Notes under the pieces: generated by a model
Database searches by the model: none
The model's input: only the letters and a program-made list of their open reading frames with translations
Told to the model about the DNA's origin: nothing
In this document: piece after piece, positions 27,963 to 37,781 of the stretch
Numbering within the stretch: the first letter of the stretch is position 1
Layout: the number at the start of each line of letters is the position of its first letter
Position numbers and translations under genes: made by a program
Source: Acidobacteriaceae bacterium
Lineage (GTDB): Bacteria > Acidobacteriota > Terriglobia > Terriglobales > Acidobacteriaceae
NCBI GenBank assembly: GCA_035552995.1
Contig: DATNEM010000069.1
Span: 1-46,800, forward strand
DNA length: 46,800 nucleotides
Reading direction: 5' to 3'

Positions 27963-29128
27963 GCGTAAGAGAGATTGCAGCAAGGCAGCTCATCGCCGCG
28001 GATGGAATCATCGAACGGCCGCGAATTGAAATCGATACGGATGGGATGATCGTGTCGATTGAATCCGGCGCAGCAAGCGCGGATGAGACCGTAACCATCA
28101 CCCCGGCGTTCTTCGATGTGCATGTGCATGGCGCGGCAGGTGCGGATGTGATGGAAGGCTCGCACGAATCATTGCAGCGCGTCGGAGAATTTCTCGCGAC
28201 ACGAGGGGTGGCGCATTTCCTTGCGACGACGGTGACAGCTCCGATCGATGCGACACTGCGCGCGCTCGAAGGCATCGCAAACGCGATCGAGGCTTCGCAG
28301 AAAGAGTGCAACGGCGCGCGGGCTGTAGGCATTCATCTGGAAGGGCCATTCCTCTCGCACGCCAAACGAGGAGTGCATCCGCCGGCGGCAATCCAGAAGC
28401 CGTCGGTAGAACTGTTCGAGCGATTTCAACAAGCTGCGCGCGGCCACATCAAGTTGATGACGATTGCGCCTGAGTCTGAAGGAGCGCTCGATCTGATTCG
28501 GCACGCCACGGCAAAGGGTGTCCGCGTTAGCATCGGGCACTCCGACGCAACTGCGGCGGAGGCCCGCGCGGGAATCGCTGCGGGTGCGGTGAGTGCAACG
28601 CACACCTTCAACGCGATGCGAAAGCTCGACCACCGCGAGCCGGGCATTGCAGGCGTGGTGCTGGACGATCACGAACTGTACGCCGAACTGATATGCGATG
28701 GCATCCACGTTGCGCCGGAGTTTGCGCGGCTCTGGTGGAACGCGAAGGGTGAAGACCACGCAATCCTCGTCACCGACGGCATCTCCGCGACGGGGATGCC
28801 CGATGGCGATTACCTGCTCGGCGGGTTGGAAGTAACGGTTGCCGATGGCCGGTGCCTTTTGAAGAGCGACCTCGCGGCAGGCAAGAAGACGCTTGCAGGC
28901 TCGGTCCTGACGATGGACCGCGCGGTCGCAACTCTGCAGGCGGTCACGGGTTCGGAACTCGCGCGGGCCGTCGATGCCGCCAGCCGCAATCCGGCCCGTA
29001 TGCTCGGTATGAGCGGCCTTGTCGAGATCACTGCAGGCAAGCCGGCGAACTTCAACATCTTCGGCGCGGACGGCGAGCTGGAGCGCACGATCCTGCAAGG
29101 CCGTGAGGTAGGCCGCGGAATTCGCTGA
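27959..29128 (+). CDS. nagA: N-acetylglucosamine-6-phosphate deacetylase
   Basis: DVHVHG, HLEGPF, HTFNAM, DGIH, VTD and LAGS motifs. Confidence 0.95.
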   Translation: MSVREIAARQLIAADGIIERPRIEIDTDGMIVSIESGAASADETVTITPAFFDVHVHGAAGADVMEGSHESLQRVGEFLATRGVAHFLATTVTAPIDATLRALEGIANAIEASQKECNGARAVGIHLEGPFLSHAKRGVHPPAAIQKPSVELFERFQQAARGHIKLMTIAPESEGALDLIRHATAKGVRVSIGHSDATAAEARAGIAAGAVSATHTFNAMRKLDHREPGIAGVVLDDHELYAELICDGIHVAPEFARLWWNAKGEDHAILVTDGISATGMPDGDYLLGGLEVTVADGRCLLKSDLAAGKKTLAGSVLTMDRAVATLQAVTGSELARAVDAASRNPARMLGMSGLVEITAGKPANFNIFGADGELERTILQGREVGRGIR

Positions 29129-29180
29129 CCTGAATCGGCGAGAGGCTCGCGTTACACTTGAAGGGCCGCACAGGGACCAA

Positions 29181-29265
29181 GCGAAAGTGGCGGAATTGGC
29201 AGACGCACCAGCCTTAGGAGCTGGCGGGGCAACCCGTGGGGGTTCAAGTCCCCCCTTTCGCACCA
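29181..29265 (+). tRNA. tRNA-Leu (anticodon TAG)
   Basis: Acceptor stem GCGAAAG/CTTTCGC; anticodon arm CCAGC-CTTAGGA-GCTGG; long variable arm; GGTTCAAGTCC T-arm; encoded CCA. Confidence 0.97.
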
Positions 29266-29352
29266 TATTGCCGGCCCTTGCTCCCACCACAGACAGATTT
29301 CGAGCGTCTGTGGCGAGTAGGACGCGGAACGCGGACCGAATCGAGACCTTTT

Positions 29353-29661
29353 ATGAGCCAGCCCAACAAGCCCAATGACGCACCTACCGTTCTCGCTCAG
29401 CAAAGCCAGGACTACCGCGAGAACTATGCCAACAGTGTGCAGGTGAGGATGAGTGTGTGGGATTTTTTCCTCGTCTTCGGCACCATGCACCAGGACTCAC
29501 CGGATAAGGTGCAGATCGACAACTTTCAGGGCATCTATCTGAGCCCTCAGCAGGCCAAGGCGCTGTTGAGCGTGCTCGGGCACAATCTGGCGCAATATGA
29601 GCAGGCGTTCGGAAAGCTCGCCCTGGAGCCGCAGTTCACGCCGCCCGGGCCTGTGAACTAG
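29353..29661 (+). CDS. DUF3467 family protein
   Basis: YANSVQV, DFFLVFG, IYLSPQQAKAL and YEQAFG motifs. Confidence 0.85.
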   Translation: MSQPNKPNDAPTVLAQQSQDYRENYANSVQVRMSVWDFFLVFGTMHQDSPDKVQIDNFQGIYLSPQQAKALLSVLGHNLAQYEQAFGKLALEPQFTPPGPVN

Positions 29662-29664
29662 AGC

Positions 29665-31347
29665 GTGACAGCCGGAACGAGCCGCGGCGCGAGAGAATCT
29701 CAGCCACCAAGCGGGACACACGCCGGAGCGCCGCTATTTGCGCTGTATCCCATCTTCTTTGCCGCGGTGTATCTCTCGCACGTGACGTTGCTGCGTCTTC
29801 CGTATTTCTGGGACGAAGCGGGCTACTACATTCCGGCGGCGTGGGACTTTTTCCGCACTGGTACGCTGATCCCAGTCACGACGGCGTCCAACGCGCATCC
29901 GCCGCTGCCATCGATTTTGCTGGCCGGCTGGTGGCATCTGTTCGGATTTTCCCCTGTCAGCACGCGGACACTGGTGTGTCTGGTGGCCGCCGCAGGACTG
30001 CTCGCGGTTTATCGCATGGCACGCCTGCTGATGTCTGCGCCCGCGGCTGCTGTACTGGCCGCTCTGACAGGCCTATATCCCGTTTGGTTTGCGCAGAGCA
30101 CGCTGGCGCACGCGGACATCTTCGCCGCGGCATTTGTGCTTTGGGGGCTGGCGCTCTATCTCGACGGGATCGCGCTGGATGGAATCGCGGCGCGCGATTC
30201 GTTGCTGCCTCGCAGTTCACGGCTTAGGACCGGCGCGGCAATTCTCTTCTCGCTCGGTGCGCTGGCCAAGGAGACCGCGATCATCACGCCGTTGGCGCTG
30301 GCGGCGTGGGAATGCGCGCTGTGGATACGAGAAGGAGCCAGCCGAACCGGTGTATCGGAAGGCTCGCGACCTGAAAATTCGCGCCTGCGTTGGGTCGCCG
30401 CACTGCTCTTTCCTGCATTGCCCCTTGCTGCGTGGTATGGCTATCACTTCCATCGCACAGGGTTCGTCTTCGGCAACCCGGAATTCCTGCGCTACAACGC
30501 GACGGACAACTTCAATCCACAGCGCATCGGGCTTTGCCTGTACCACCGGCTGTTGCACCTTACCATGCACATGAACATGTTTGTCGCGGTAACGTGTGCG
30601 GCGGCGGCGTGGCTGGCGCCGGCCATCGCGAGTCGCAGCCGGCTTCCGCGCGCAGTGATAGAGGCAGTCAGCGTGGTGCTTCTCGCGAACTGGATCGCCT
30701 TCTCCGTTTTGGGAGGGGCGCTGCTGACGCGCTATCTGCTGCCGATGTATCCGCTGGTGCTGCTGATCTGTGTAGCCGAGTGGCGGCTGCACTTCCGCGC
30801 ATGGGGATGGCTTGCAGCCTTCAGTGCAGCAGCGTTCCTCGCAGGGCTGTGGATCAATCCGCCTTACGCCTTCGCGCCAGAGGACAATCTCACGTACCGC
30901 GACTTCGTCGTCCTGCATCAGCGCGCTGTCGCTTACATTTCACACAACTATCCGCAGGCGACGGTGCTGACGGCCTGGCCGGCGACCGCCGAGTTGGCGC
31001 GGCCGGAACTCGGCTACACCAAAGAACCAGTGAAGACCTACGCGGTCCGCAACTTTACGCTGGACGCGGTGGAAAAGGCCGCGGCGAATCCCGGCGAATA
31101 CGACACGGCACTGGTCTTCTCGACGAAACTCACGCCGCCGGTGCATTTTTCAAAGCGCATCCAGCGCATGCCGTCGGCCGCGGACCGCCGATACTTCGAC
31201 TTCCACGATGATCTCCAGCCGCATCAGATGGCCGCCATGCTGCACGGCGACATCGTTTGGCAGCAGCGCGATCGCAGCGGAGAATGGGTTGCCGTCCTGC
31301 GCTTTCCGCGCGTCGTCAATGCGGAGATGGATCTGCCGGTTCATTGA
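29665..31347 (+). CDS. GT-C fold membrane glycosyltransferase (ArnT/PMT-like)
   Basis: WDE in the first periplasmic loop, HPPL, KET and RYLLP motifs; many TM helices. Confidence 0.8.
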   Translation: MTAGTSRGARESQPPSGTHAGAPLFALYPIFFAAVYLSHVTLLRLPYFWDEAGYYIPAAWDFFRTGTLIPVTTASNAHPPLPSILLAGWWHLFGFSPVSTRTLVCLVAAAGLLAVYRMARLLMSAPAAAVLAALTGLYPVWFAQSTLAHADIFAAAFVLWGLALYLDGIALDGIAARDSLLPRSSRLRTGAAILFSLGALAKETAIITPLALAAWECALWIREGASRTGVSEGSRPENSRLRWVAALLFPALPLAAWYGYHFHRTGFVFGNPEFLRYNATDNFNPQRIGLCLYHRLLHLTMHMNMFVAVTCAAAAWLAPAIASRSRLPRAVIEAVSVVLLANWIAFSVLGGALLTRYLLPMYPLVLLICVAEWRLHFRAWGWLAAFSAAAFLAGLWINPPYAFAPEDNLTYRDFVVLHQRAVAYISHNYPQATVLTAWPATAELARPELGYTKEPVKTYAVRNFTLDAVEKAAANPGEYDTALVFSTKLTPPVHFSKRIQRMPSAADRRYFDFHDDLQPHQMAAMLHGDIVWQQRDRSGEWVAVLRFPRVVNAEMDLPVH

Positions 31348-32944
31348 GTTCGCCTGCAATCCCGATCAACCGATGCGGCGACGAGAGATCGTGCTCCCAA
31401 ATCTCTTCTCGATAGGCAACAACTTCGTTGAGTTGAAAGACAGCCGCGCGCCTGTAATTCTGCTCGACGAAAGCACGTATAGGCCCAGTGTGATCTCCGG
31501 ATCGCGGAAGTGCGGGATCGAGCGGCTGCAAAACGACAAAGTGCGGTGGGTCACGCTCGATCGCCGCAAGCGCATCGCCGACCCACTCTGGCCGCGTGAA
31601 CTCGCGGCCGTTGATGAACTCGAGCGCGGTCGGGTTGCGCTGCGCGAGATAGAGCGCGAGTGCTGAACTGTTGAAGAAAGATTCGCCTGCGTGGGTGCGC
31701 GCGGCGAGCCACCCAAACTCGCGCGCGGAGAGCGGATCGGTAAAGGCCGCGCGTCCCACCGGAAGAGCGAGCACTACGTGGCGTTGACTTTGGCGACGCA
31801 GCGGCAGGATGAGAACGAAAGCCAGCGCGGCCGCCGCGAGCATCCTACGCAGGTTCGCGGCGATGCGGTCAGGTCCACTGAGCAGCCAGATGCAGATGAG
31901 GACCGCAGGCGCTGCGACGGTCGTGAGGCGAAACAGCCGCGGGGAATTCACTACAGACAGAAACAGCCCGATGCCGACGCAGTGGAGCAGTACCAGCTTC
32001 CGCACGAGCGTGCGCGGCAATGCGGTACGCTGTCGCACGATGCGAAGGAAGCCGAGGGCATAGGCATACGGGACAAGCGCATAGACGAACAAAACTGGGA
32101 CGAAGTGAAGCAGGTCCGAAGGATTATGCAGGCGGGGGAACTGACGTAGATAGTTCCCGGTCGAGTTGATCTCCATCGATGAGAGATAGCGAGGAGCGAA
32201 GAGGACAAGATCGAAGAAGAGCGAGCGCAGGCCGGCGGCGCGTGCAAGCAGCCCCAGCACAACAGCAAGAACTCCCGCGAAAGACAGGAAGAGAGTCATC
32301 GGCGGAAGAACGAAGCTCGACGGCGCACGAACTTTTGCAGTGTCCCAACGTGCGAGCCAGAGCAGGAAAACCGCGATTGCAACAAATGCGGCGACGCCTT
32401 CGGTCTGCGTGAAGAGAGTTGCCGCGGCGCAGAGCATGCCGGCAGCAGCGACTCGCGGGAGAGTAACGCCCGGCATCAGCACCGCGGCGGCACACAGAGC
32501 AGCGAGCGTGCTGAACCAGTGATGAGTCAGATCCGGTGAGCCGTTGTACACAAAGACGACGAAGAGCAGAGCGGGCAGAAACTTCAGCGCTGCTGGAAGA
32601 ATCTGCCTGGCGAGGTAAGTGAGAATCCAGCAGAACGCGAGGCCCGTGATGACGCTCCATGCCGAGATGACCCAGGCATGAACGCCGAAGACGCGAAAGC
32701 CGCCCGCAAAGAGATACTCCGTACCCGGCGTTACGAATGCGAAGAAGTCCCGATATGGGACCTGACCGTGAAGGATGCGCACTGCGCGCCCAAAGAACTG
32801 GTTCTGATCGCCGACAGCGACAAACGGCGTACCGTGGACGAGAAAGTTGCGGAGATAGAGAAACAGCGCGGCGCCTGTGGCAGCAACGGCCGCGGAGACA
32901 CGGAACGATCGGCCGGAAACGTGTCGGTGCATGGATTCCTGCAT
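31316..32944 (-). CDS. Polytopic membrane protein, probable GT-C glycosyltransferase
   Basis: GDQ...RILHGQVPYRDFFAFVTPG loop typical of GT-C proteins; many TM helices. Start 32944 or 32932; the ORF-track extension to 34207 is antisense to the TPR gene. Confidence 0.72.
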   Translation of the reverse strand: MQESMHRHVSGRSFRVSAAVAATGAALFLYLRNFLVHGTPFVAVGDQNQFFGRAVRILHGQVPYRDFFAFVTPGTEYLFAGGFRVFGVHAWVISAWSVITGLAFCWILTYLARQILPAALKFLPALLFVVFVYNGSPDLTHHWFSTLAALCAAAVLMPGVTLPRVAAAGMLCAAATLFTQTEGVAAFVAIAVFLLWLARWDTAKVRAPSSFVLPPMTLFLSFAGVLAVVLGLLARAAGLRSLFFDLVLFAPRYLSSMEINSTGNYLRQFPRLHNPSDLLHFVPVLFVYALVPYAYALGFLRIVRQRTALPRTLVRKLVLLHCVGIGLFLSVVNSPRLFRLTTVAAPAVLICIWLLSGPDRIAANLRRMLAAAALAFVLILPLRRQSQRHVVLALPVGRAAFTDPLSAREFGWLAARTHAGESFFNSSALALYLAQRNPTALEFINGREFTRPEWVGDALAAIERDPPHFVVLQPLDPALPRSGDHTGPIRAFVEQNYRRAAVFQLNEVVAYREEIWEHDLSSPHRLIGIAGELNEPADPSPH

Positions 32945-33061
32945 AGCGAGACTGTGCTGGTCCGCAACGATTGAATCACAGAACGCAGGCTTTTGGCCCC
33001 CTCGCGAGAGGTTCGCCGAATCGAGGCGCGCCGCCTCTATAATCGACCCATTGTGGTGAGG

Positions 33062-34726
33062 ATGATTCGTAGTTTGGTCGGCTTGATGTTGGCGGTGGCG
33101 CTGGCCGTCCTGGCATCTCCTACGGCGGCGCAGACGGGCGCGACCAACGGTGTGGAAGCCGCGGCGCCGACGTCTGCTGCGGACATCCGGCAACCGGGCG
33201 GGAAGCTTGTGCTGGTGCTGCCGTTTGAGAATCACAGCGGGCAGGCGAATCTGGGATGGATTGGTGACTCGTTTCCGTGGACGCTGGACCAGCGGCTGAA
33301 TTCCGCGGGCTTCCTCACCATCGGGCGTGACGACCGACAGTATGCGATGGAGCACCTTGGGTTGCCGGCGGATTTCAAGCCGACCCGCGCAACGACCATC
33401 CGCATTGCGCAGCATCTCGATGCAGACTACGTCATTGTCGGGAGCTTCAACATCGCAAACCCCGGCACATCCGCCGCGCGCATCGATGTGCAGGCGCAGG
33501 TGCTGGAGGTGAACCAATTGCGCATGTCGCGGCCGCTCACGGAGTCGGCCGGTCTGGCGAAAATCTTCGACGTGGAGAACGCGCTGGCATGGAAACTCGC
33601 GCAACGCATGGACCCGCATTTCGCGGTGGCGGAGCAGACCTTCCTCGCCACGGCGGAGGGTGTGGGCCTGAACGCGTTTGAAGACTACATCCGGGGCATC
33701 TCCGCGCCTACGGCAGAGGAGCGGTTGAAACGGCTGCAGGACGCGGTCGCGGCGGCGCCCGCTTACACACCGGCGTTGCTGGAGCTGGGCAAGGAACAGT
33801 ACGCCGCGCGCCAGTATGAGGAGGCTGCCGCGACGCTCGCGAAGATTCCAGCCGGCGATCGCGTGGCGCTGGAGGCGAGCTTCTATGGCGGCCTCGCGCG
33901 CTTCAACACAGCGAGGTACGCGGAGGCTGAGAAGGCATTTGCATTTGTCGCGGCGCGTTTGCCGCTGCCTGAGGTAGTGAACGACGAAGGCGTGGCGCAG
34001 AGCCGTCAGGGTAAAGATGCAGTTGCGCTGTTTCAGCAGACAATTGCCAGCGACCCCAACGATGCGGATTACCACTTCAACCTGGCGGTGGCGCTGCTTG
34101 GCCGCAATGACATCGCGGGCGCGCTGCATGAGAACGAGGCGGCGCTGAAGTTGCATGGCGACGATCCCGAGGCGAAGGAACTTGAATCGAGGCTGCAGTC
34201 GGCGCATGGATCTGTTGCGACGCTAAAGACGGTGCTCCATGCAGACGGCTTCGATCCGACAACGCGCATCCGTCGCACGTGGTCGGAGGCCTCGGTGCGC
34301 CAGATTGCCTTCCAGCTGGACCAGATGCGTGCGATCCAGATGGAGGCGATGCCGCCGCATGAACGCGCAGCCGAATATACGAAGCTGGGCAGCGGATACC
34401 TGGCGCAGGGATTGATGCCGGAGGCGGAGCAGGAGTTCCAATCGGCGTTGATGGCGGATCCGGGGAACGCCGTGGCGCACGCGGGCATCGCGCAAGTGCG
34501 CGAGCGAACGGGGTCGGCGGATGAGGCGCGCACCGAAGCACAGGCCGCGCTGAAGATCGCGCCGAGCGTCGATGCCTATCTGGTGCTCGCGAGGCTCGAA
34601 CTCGCGGCGAACCAGCTCAGCGCATCGGCGGCCGACGTAGCCAATGCGCTGAAGATTGAGCCGGCGAATGCCGCGGCGCTTGGAATGAAGCAGACGCTGG
34701 CGCTGCGCGGCCAGAGCGTTCCGTAG
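33062..34726 (+). CDS. Secreted tetratricopeptide-repeat protein with TolB-N/CsgG-like N-domain
   Basis: Signal peptide; VLPFEN...WIG...LDADYVIVGSF domain; multiple TPR motifs; TATAAT upstream. Confidence 0.82.
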   Translation: MIRSLVGLMLAVALAVLASPTAAQTGATNGVEAAAPTSAADIRQPGGKLVLVLPFENHSGQANLGWIGDSFPWTLDQRLNSAGFLTIGRDDRQYAMEHLGLPADFKPTRATTIRIAQHLDADYVIVGSFNIANPGTSAARIDVQAQVLEVNQLRMSRPLTESAGLAKIFDVENALAWKLAQRMDPHFAVAEQTFLATAEGVGLNAFEDYIRGISAPTAEERLKRLQDAVAAAPAYTPALLELGKEQYAARQYEEAAATLAKIPAGDRVALEASFYGGLARFNTARYAEAEKAFAFVAARLPLPEVVNDEGVAQSRQGKDAVALFQQTIASDPNDADYHFNLAVALLGRNDIAGALHENEAALKLHGDDPEAKELESRLQSAHGSVATLKTVLHADGFDPTTRIRRTWSEASVRQIAFQLDQMRAIQMEAMPPHERAAEYTKLGSGYLAQGLMPEAEQEFQSALMADPGNAVAHAGIAQVRERTGSADEARTEAQAALKIAPSVDAYLVLARLELAANQLSASAADVANALKIEPANAAALGMKQTLALRGQSVP

Positions 34727-34761
34727 GCTGACGTGGCGTATGTTTAAGGCGAGGCCCGACC

Positions 34762-36102
34762 GTGATTCGCTCGACCATTCGATTTGCAACCCTGCTTTCA
34801 ATCTGCCTGGCGCTTATCGCAATGCATCCTGCTCCGCGCGCACATGCGGCGGATGCTGCGCCGGTGGTAGTGAAGCTCACGATTCATGACACTATTCAGC
34901 CAATCACTGCCGAGTATCTGAAGCGCGGGCTGGACGAGGCAGCGGCGCGGCATGCGGATGCGGTGCTGATCTCCATGGGAACACCCGGCGGTCTGCTCGA
35001 ATCCACGCGTGAGATGGTCGCGACCATCGAAGCGTCGCAGGTCCCGGTCATCATCTTCATCGAGCCGTCGGGCAATCGCGCCGGCTCGGCAGGATTCTTT
35101 CTGCTGGAATCCGCGGACATTGCAGCCATGGCGCCCGGCACGAACGCAGGAGCGGCGCATCCGATCCTCGAAGGCACGACCATGGATCCCGTGCTGAAGA
35201 TGAAGGTGGAGAACGACGCAGCCGCCTTCATGCGCTCCTATGTCACGGTGCGCGGGCGCAACGCCGCGGCCGCCGAAGATGCAATACGCAACTCGAAGTC
35301 GTATTCGGAGGCCGAGGCGTTGAATCAGCATCTGATCGATGCGATCGCGCCCGATGATTCGCACCTGCTGGCGGCACTCGCTGGCAAACAGATCAAGCGT
35401 TTCAACGGCGCAAGCGCAACGCTCAGCCCGCAGTTGGGCCGCGCGGCGATTGTCGCACTTCCGCCATCGATGCGGGAGCGGCTGCTGACGCGGCTGACCA
35501 GCCCGGACCTCGACGTGCTGCTGCTGATGTGCGGCGGCTTGCTGATCTACCTTGAGTTCAACGTACCGGGGACAATCGTGCCGGGTGCGCTCGGCACGCT
35601 GCTGGTGCTGCTGGCGATCTTCGGCTTCAACCTGCTGCCCATTCAGCACACGGCGGTGCTGCTGCTCTTCGCGGCGCTGGTGCTGATGGTGCTGGAGGCG
35701 AAGTTCGCGAGCCATGGCATCCTGGCGCTGGCCGCGGTGCTGTGTCTTGTCTTCGGGCTGGCTACGCTGGTCGATGGACCTGGACCGGAGATGCGTGTGC
35801 ACTTCGGTGTGGCTGCCGCCGCGGGAATCGGCTTCGGCATCATCAGCTTTGTGCTGGCGTGGATTGCCCTACGCGCGCGAAGGGCGAAGCGGCTGATCGG
35901 GCCGCAGGCAATGGTGGGTCACACGGCGATCGCGATGACATCGCTTGCGGCCGCGGGACAAGACGCGATTGGCCAGGTAGAAGTCCGCGGCGAGATATGG
36001 CGCGCGACGCTGGCCGCGGGCGAAGCTCCCGTCGCGAAAGGGGCTCAGGTGACGGTGCGCGGAGTGGATGACCTGACGCTGACAGTTTCGGCGAAGAGCT
36101 AG
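34762..36102 (+). CDS. nfeD: NfeD family membrane-bound ClpP-class serine protease
   Basis: TPGG, AGSAG, MAPGTNAGAAHP, TM bundle and C-terminal OB domain with GEIWRA. Confidence 0.9.
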   Translation: MIRSTIRFATLLSICLALIAMHPAPRAHAADAAPVVVKLTIHDTIQPITAEYLKRGLDEAAARHADAVLISMGTPGGLLESTREMVATIEASQVPVIIFIEPSGNRAGSAGFFLLESADIAAMAPGTNAGAAHPILEGTTMDPVLKMKVENDAAAFMRSYVTVRGRNAAAAEDAIRNSKSYSEAEALNQHLIDAIAPDDSHLLAALAGKQIKRFNGASATLSPQLGRAAIVALPPSMRERLLTRLTSPDLDVLLLMCGGLLIYLEFNVPGTIVPGALGTLLVLLAIFGFNLLPIQHTAVLLLFAALVLMVLEAKFASHGILALAAVLCLVFGLATLVDGPGPEMRVHFGVAAAAGIGFGIISFVLAWIALRARRAKRLIGPQAMVGHTAIAMTSLAAAGQDAIGQVEVRGEIWRATLAAGEAPVAKGAQVTVRGVDDLTLTVSAKS

Positions 36103-37743
36103 CTATTCCAAGATTCGCGCCACTACGTCGTAATCGTGGGATTCGGTGATCTCGGCGCGGTAGAACGTGCCCGGAACAAGTGTCTCGTGCGGGCCGAAGT
36201 CATTGATGAGGATTTTGCCGTCGATCTCAGGAGCGTGCAGCGCGGTGCGGCCCTGCCACAGCAGCTCGGTTTCGTCGCTCTCGCCTTCCACAAGCACTTC
36301 GACATCGCGGCCCACCCACGCGGCCTTCGACTTTTTGCTGATCTTCTGCTGTAGCTTCATCAGGCGGCGGCGACGCGTCTCGATAGTGCGCTTCGGAACC
36401 TTCAGCGCGGCGTCGAGTTCGTAGGCTGCTGCGCCTTCTTCGTCGGAGTATGAGAAGACTCCGAGCCAGTCAATCTTCGCGGCTTTGACGAAGGCTTCGA
36501 GCTGGGCGAAGTCCTCTTCCGTCTCGCCGGGAAAGCCGACGATAAAGCTGGTGCGAAGCACGATGCCCGGCACGGTGGCGCGGGCCTTCTCGATCATGCG
36601 GAGAAAGACGTCCGGCGTGCCGCCGCGCTTCATGCGCTTGAGCACCGCAGGCGATGCATGCTGGAGCGGCACATCCAGATACTTCGCGATGATGTCATGC
36701 CGCGCCATGGTCTCGAGCAGGCGCGTGGTGATCTTGTTGGGATACGCGTAGAGGAAGCGCAGCCACTTGAGACCGGGAAGCACTGCCAGCGCGTCTAGCA
36801 GCGTGGCGAGGCCGTCCTTGAGTCCAAGGTCCTCGCCATAGCAGGTCGTGTCCTGGCCGATCAGCGTGATTTCGCGCACGCCCTGTGCGATCATGCGCTC
36901 GGCCTCGGCGACGATCGACTCCACGCGACGCGAACGGAACTTGCCGCGCAACTGCGGGATGATGCAGAAGCTGCACGGGTGGTCGCAGCCCTCGGCGATC
37001 TTGATGTAGGCGGACGCGCGCGGCGTGGAGAGGATGCGCGGCGTGTCTTCGGTGTAGAGATACTCCGGCAATGCAGCCGTCGCTCCATGCCACGCTGCGC
37101 GCGAGAAGCGGCCTTGCCGCTCGCGATGATCGCCCTCGGGCCTGAACTTCGCGTTCGGCGAATCGCTTCGCGTGATTCGCTCGGCCTCCGCTGCAAGCTG
37201 TGGACCTGCTTCCGTCGGATGCGAATGCTGATGAACAGAGCTGGGCGCGCGGCTTACAAGGATGTTGAACGGCGATGCAGCCTGCGGCGCGGACTGCGAT
37301 GGGGTTGATAACCCAGCTGCATCGAGAATTGCTTCCAGCTCGCCGGTGCCGACGACGGCATCGACCTCAGGGATATTGGCGCGAATCTCGTCGCGATAGC
37401 GCTCGACAAGGCAGCCCGCGACGATCAGCCGCCTTGCTTTGCCGCCGTTGGCCTGCTTGTGCTGCACCATTTCCAGGATGGCGTTCACGGACTCATGCTT
37501 GGCGGAGTCGATGAAGCTGCAGGTGTTGACGACGAGGATCTCGGCGTCCTCCGCGTGCGGGGTGAGTTCGCCGCCCGCGCGGTGCAGCAGACCCATCATC
37601 ACTTCGGAGTCCACAAGGTTTTTCGGGCAGCCGAGCGAGACGAAGCCGATGGTCGGTCGCGCGGAAGGTTCCAGACCCGCTAATTCGTTAAGCTGCGAGG
37701 CTATAGGGCGCTCAGTTTTAGGATCGAGGACGGACTGCGGCAC
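36103..37743 (-). CDS. rimO: Ribosomal protein S12 methylthiotransferase RimO
   Basis: LGCPKNLVDSE, NTCSFI, radical-SAM CDHPCSFC and TRAM-domain APEIDG. Confidence 0.95.
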   Translation of the reverse strand: MPQSVLDPKTERPIASQLNELAGLEPSARPTIGFVSLGCPKNLVDSEVMMGLLHRAGGELTPHAEDAEILVVNTCSFIDSAKHESVNAILEMVQHKQANGGKARRLIVAGCLVERYRDEIRANIPEVDAVVGTGELEAILDAAGLSTPSQSAPQAASPFNILVSRAPSSVHQHSHPTEAGPQLAAEAERITRSDSPNAKFRPEGDHRERQGRFSRAAWHGATAALPEYLYTEDTPRILSTPRASAYIKIAEGCDHPCSFCIIPQLRGKFRSRRVESIVAEAERMIAQGVREITLIGQDTTCYGEDLGLKDGLATLLDALAVLPGLKWLRFLYAYPNKITTRLLETMARHDIIAKYLDVPLQHASPAVLKRMKRGGTPDVFLRMIEKARATVPGIVLRTSFIVGFPGETEEDFAQLEAFVKAAKIDWLGVFSYSDEEGAAAYELDAALKVPKRTIETRRRRLMKLQQKISKKSKAAWVGRDVEVLVEGESDETELLWQGRTALHAPEIDGKILINDFGPHETLVPGTFYRAEITESHDYDVVARILE

Positions 37744-37781
37744 AGTCTCATTCTACCAAGCGGCAACCAGATCCGGCGGTA

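Noticed and set aside
29181-29350. tRNA-Leu as the integration site of an island
   Set aside because: I found no duplicated tRNA 3' end, integrase or compositional shift, and the flanking genes look chromosomal.
32945-34207. N-terminal 420 aa of the 963-aa ORF as a fusion protein
   Set aside because: Lies antisense to the well-formed TPR gene; membrane-protein character begins only near 32944.
36097-36108. Zero-gap convergent stops (nfeD/rimO; also 17738/17739)
   Set aside because: Compact convergent ends are common and give no independent evidence of function.
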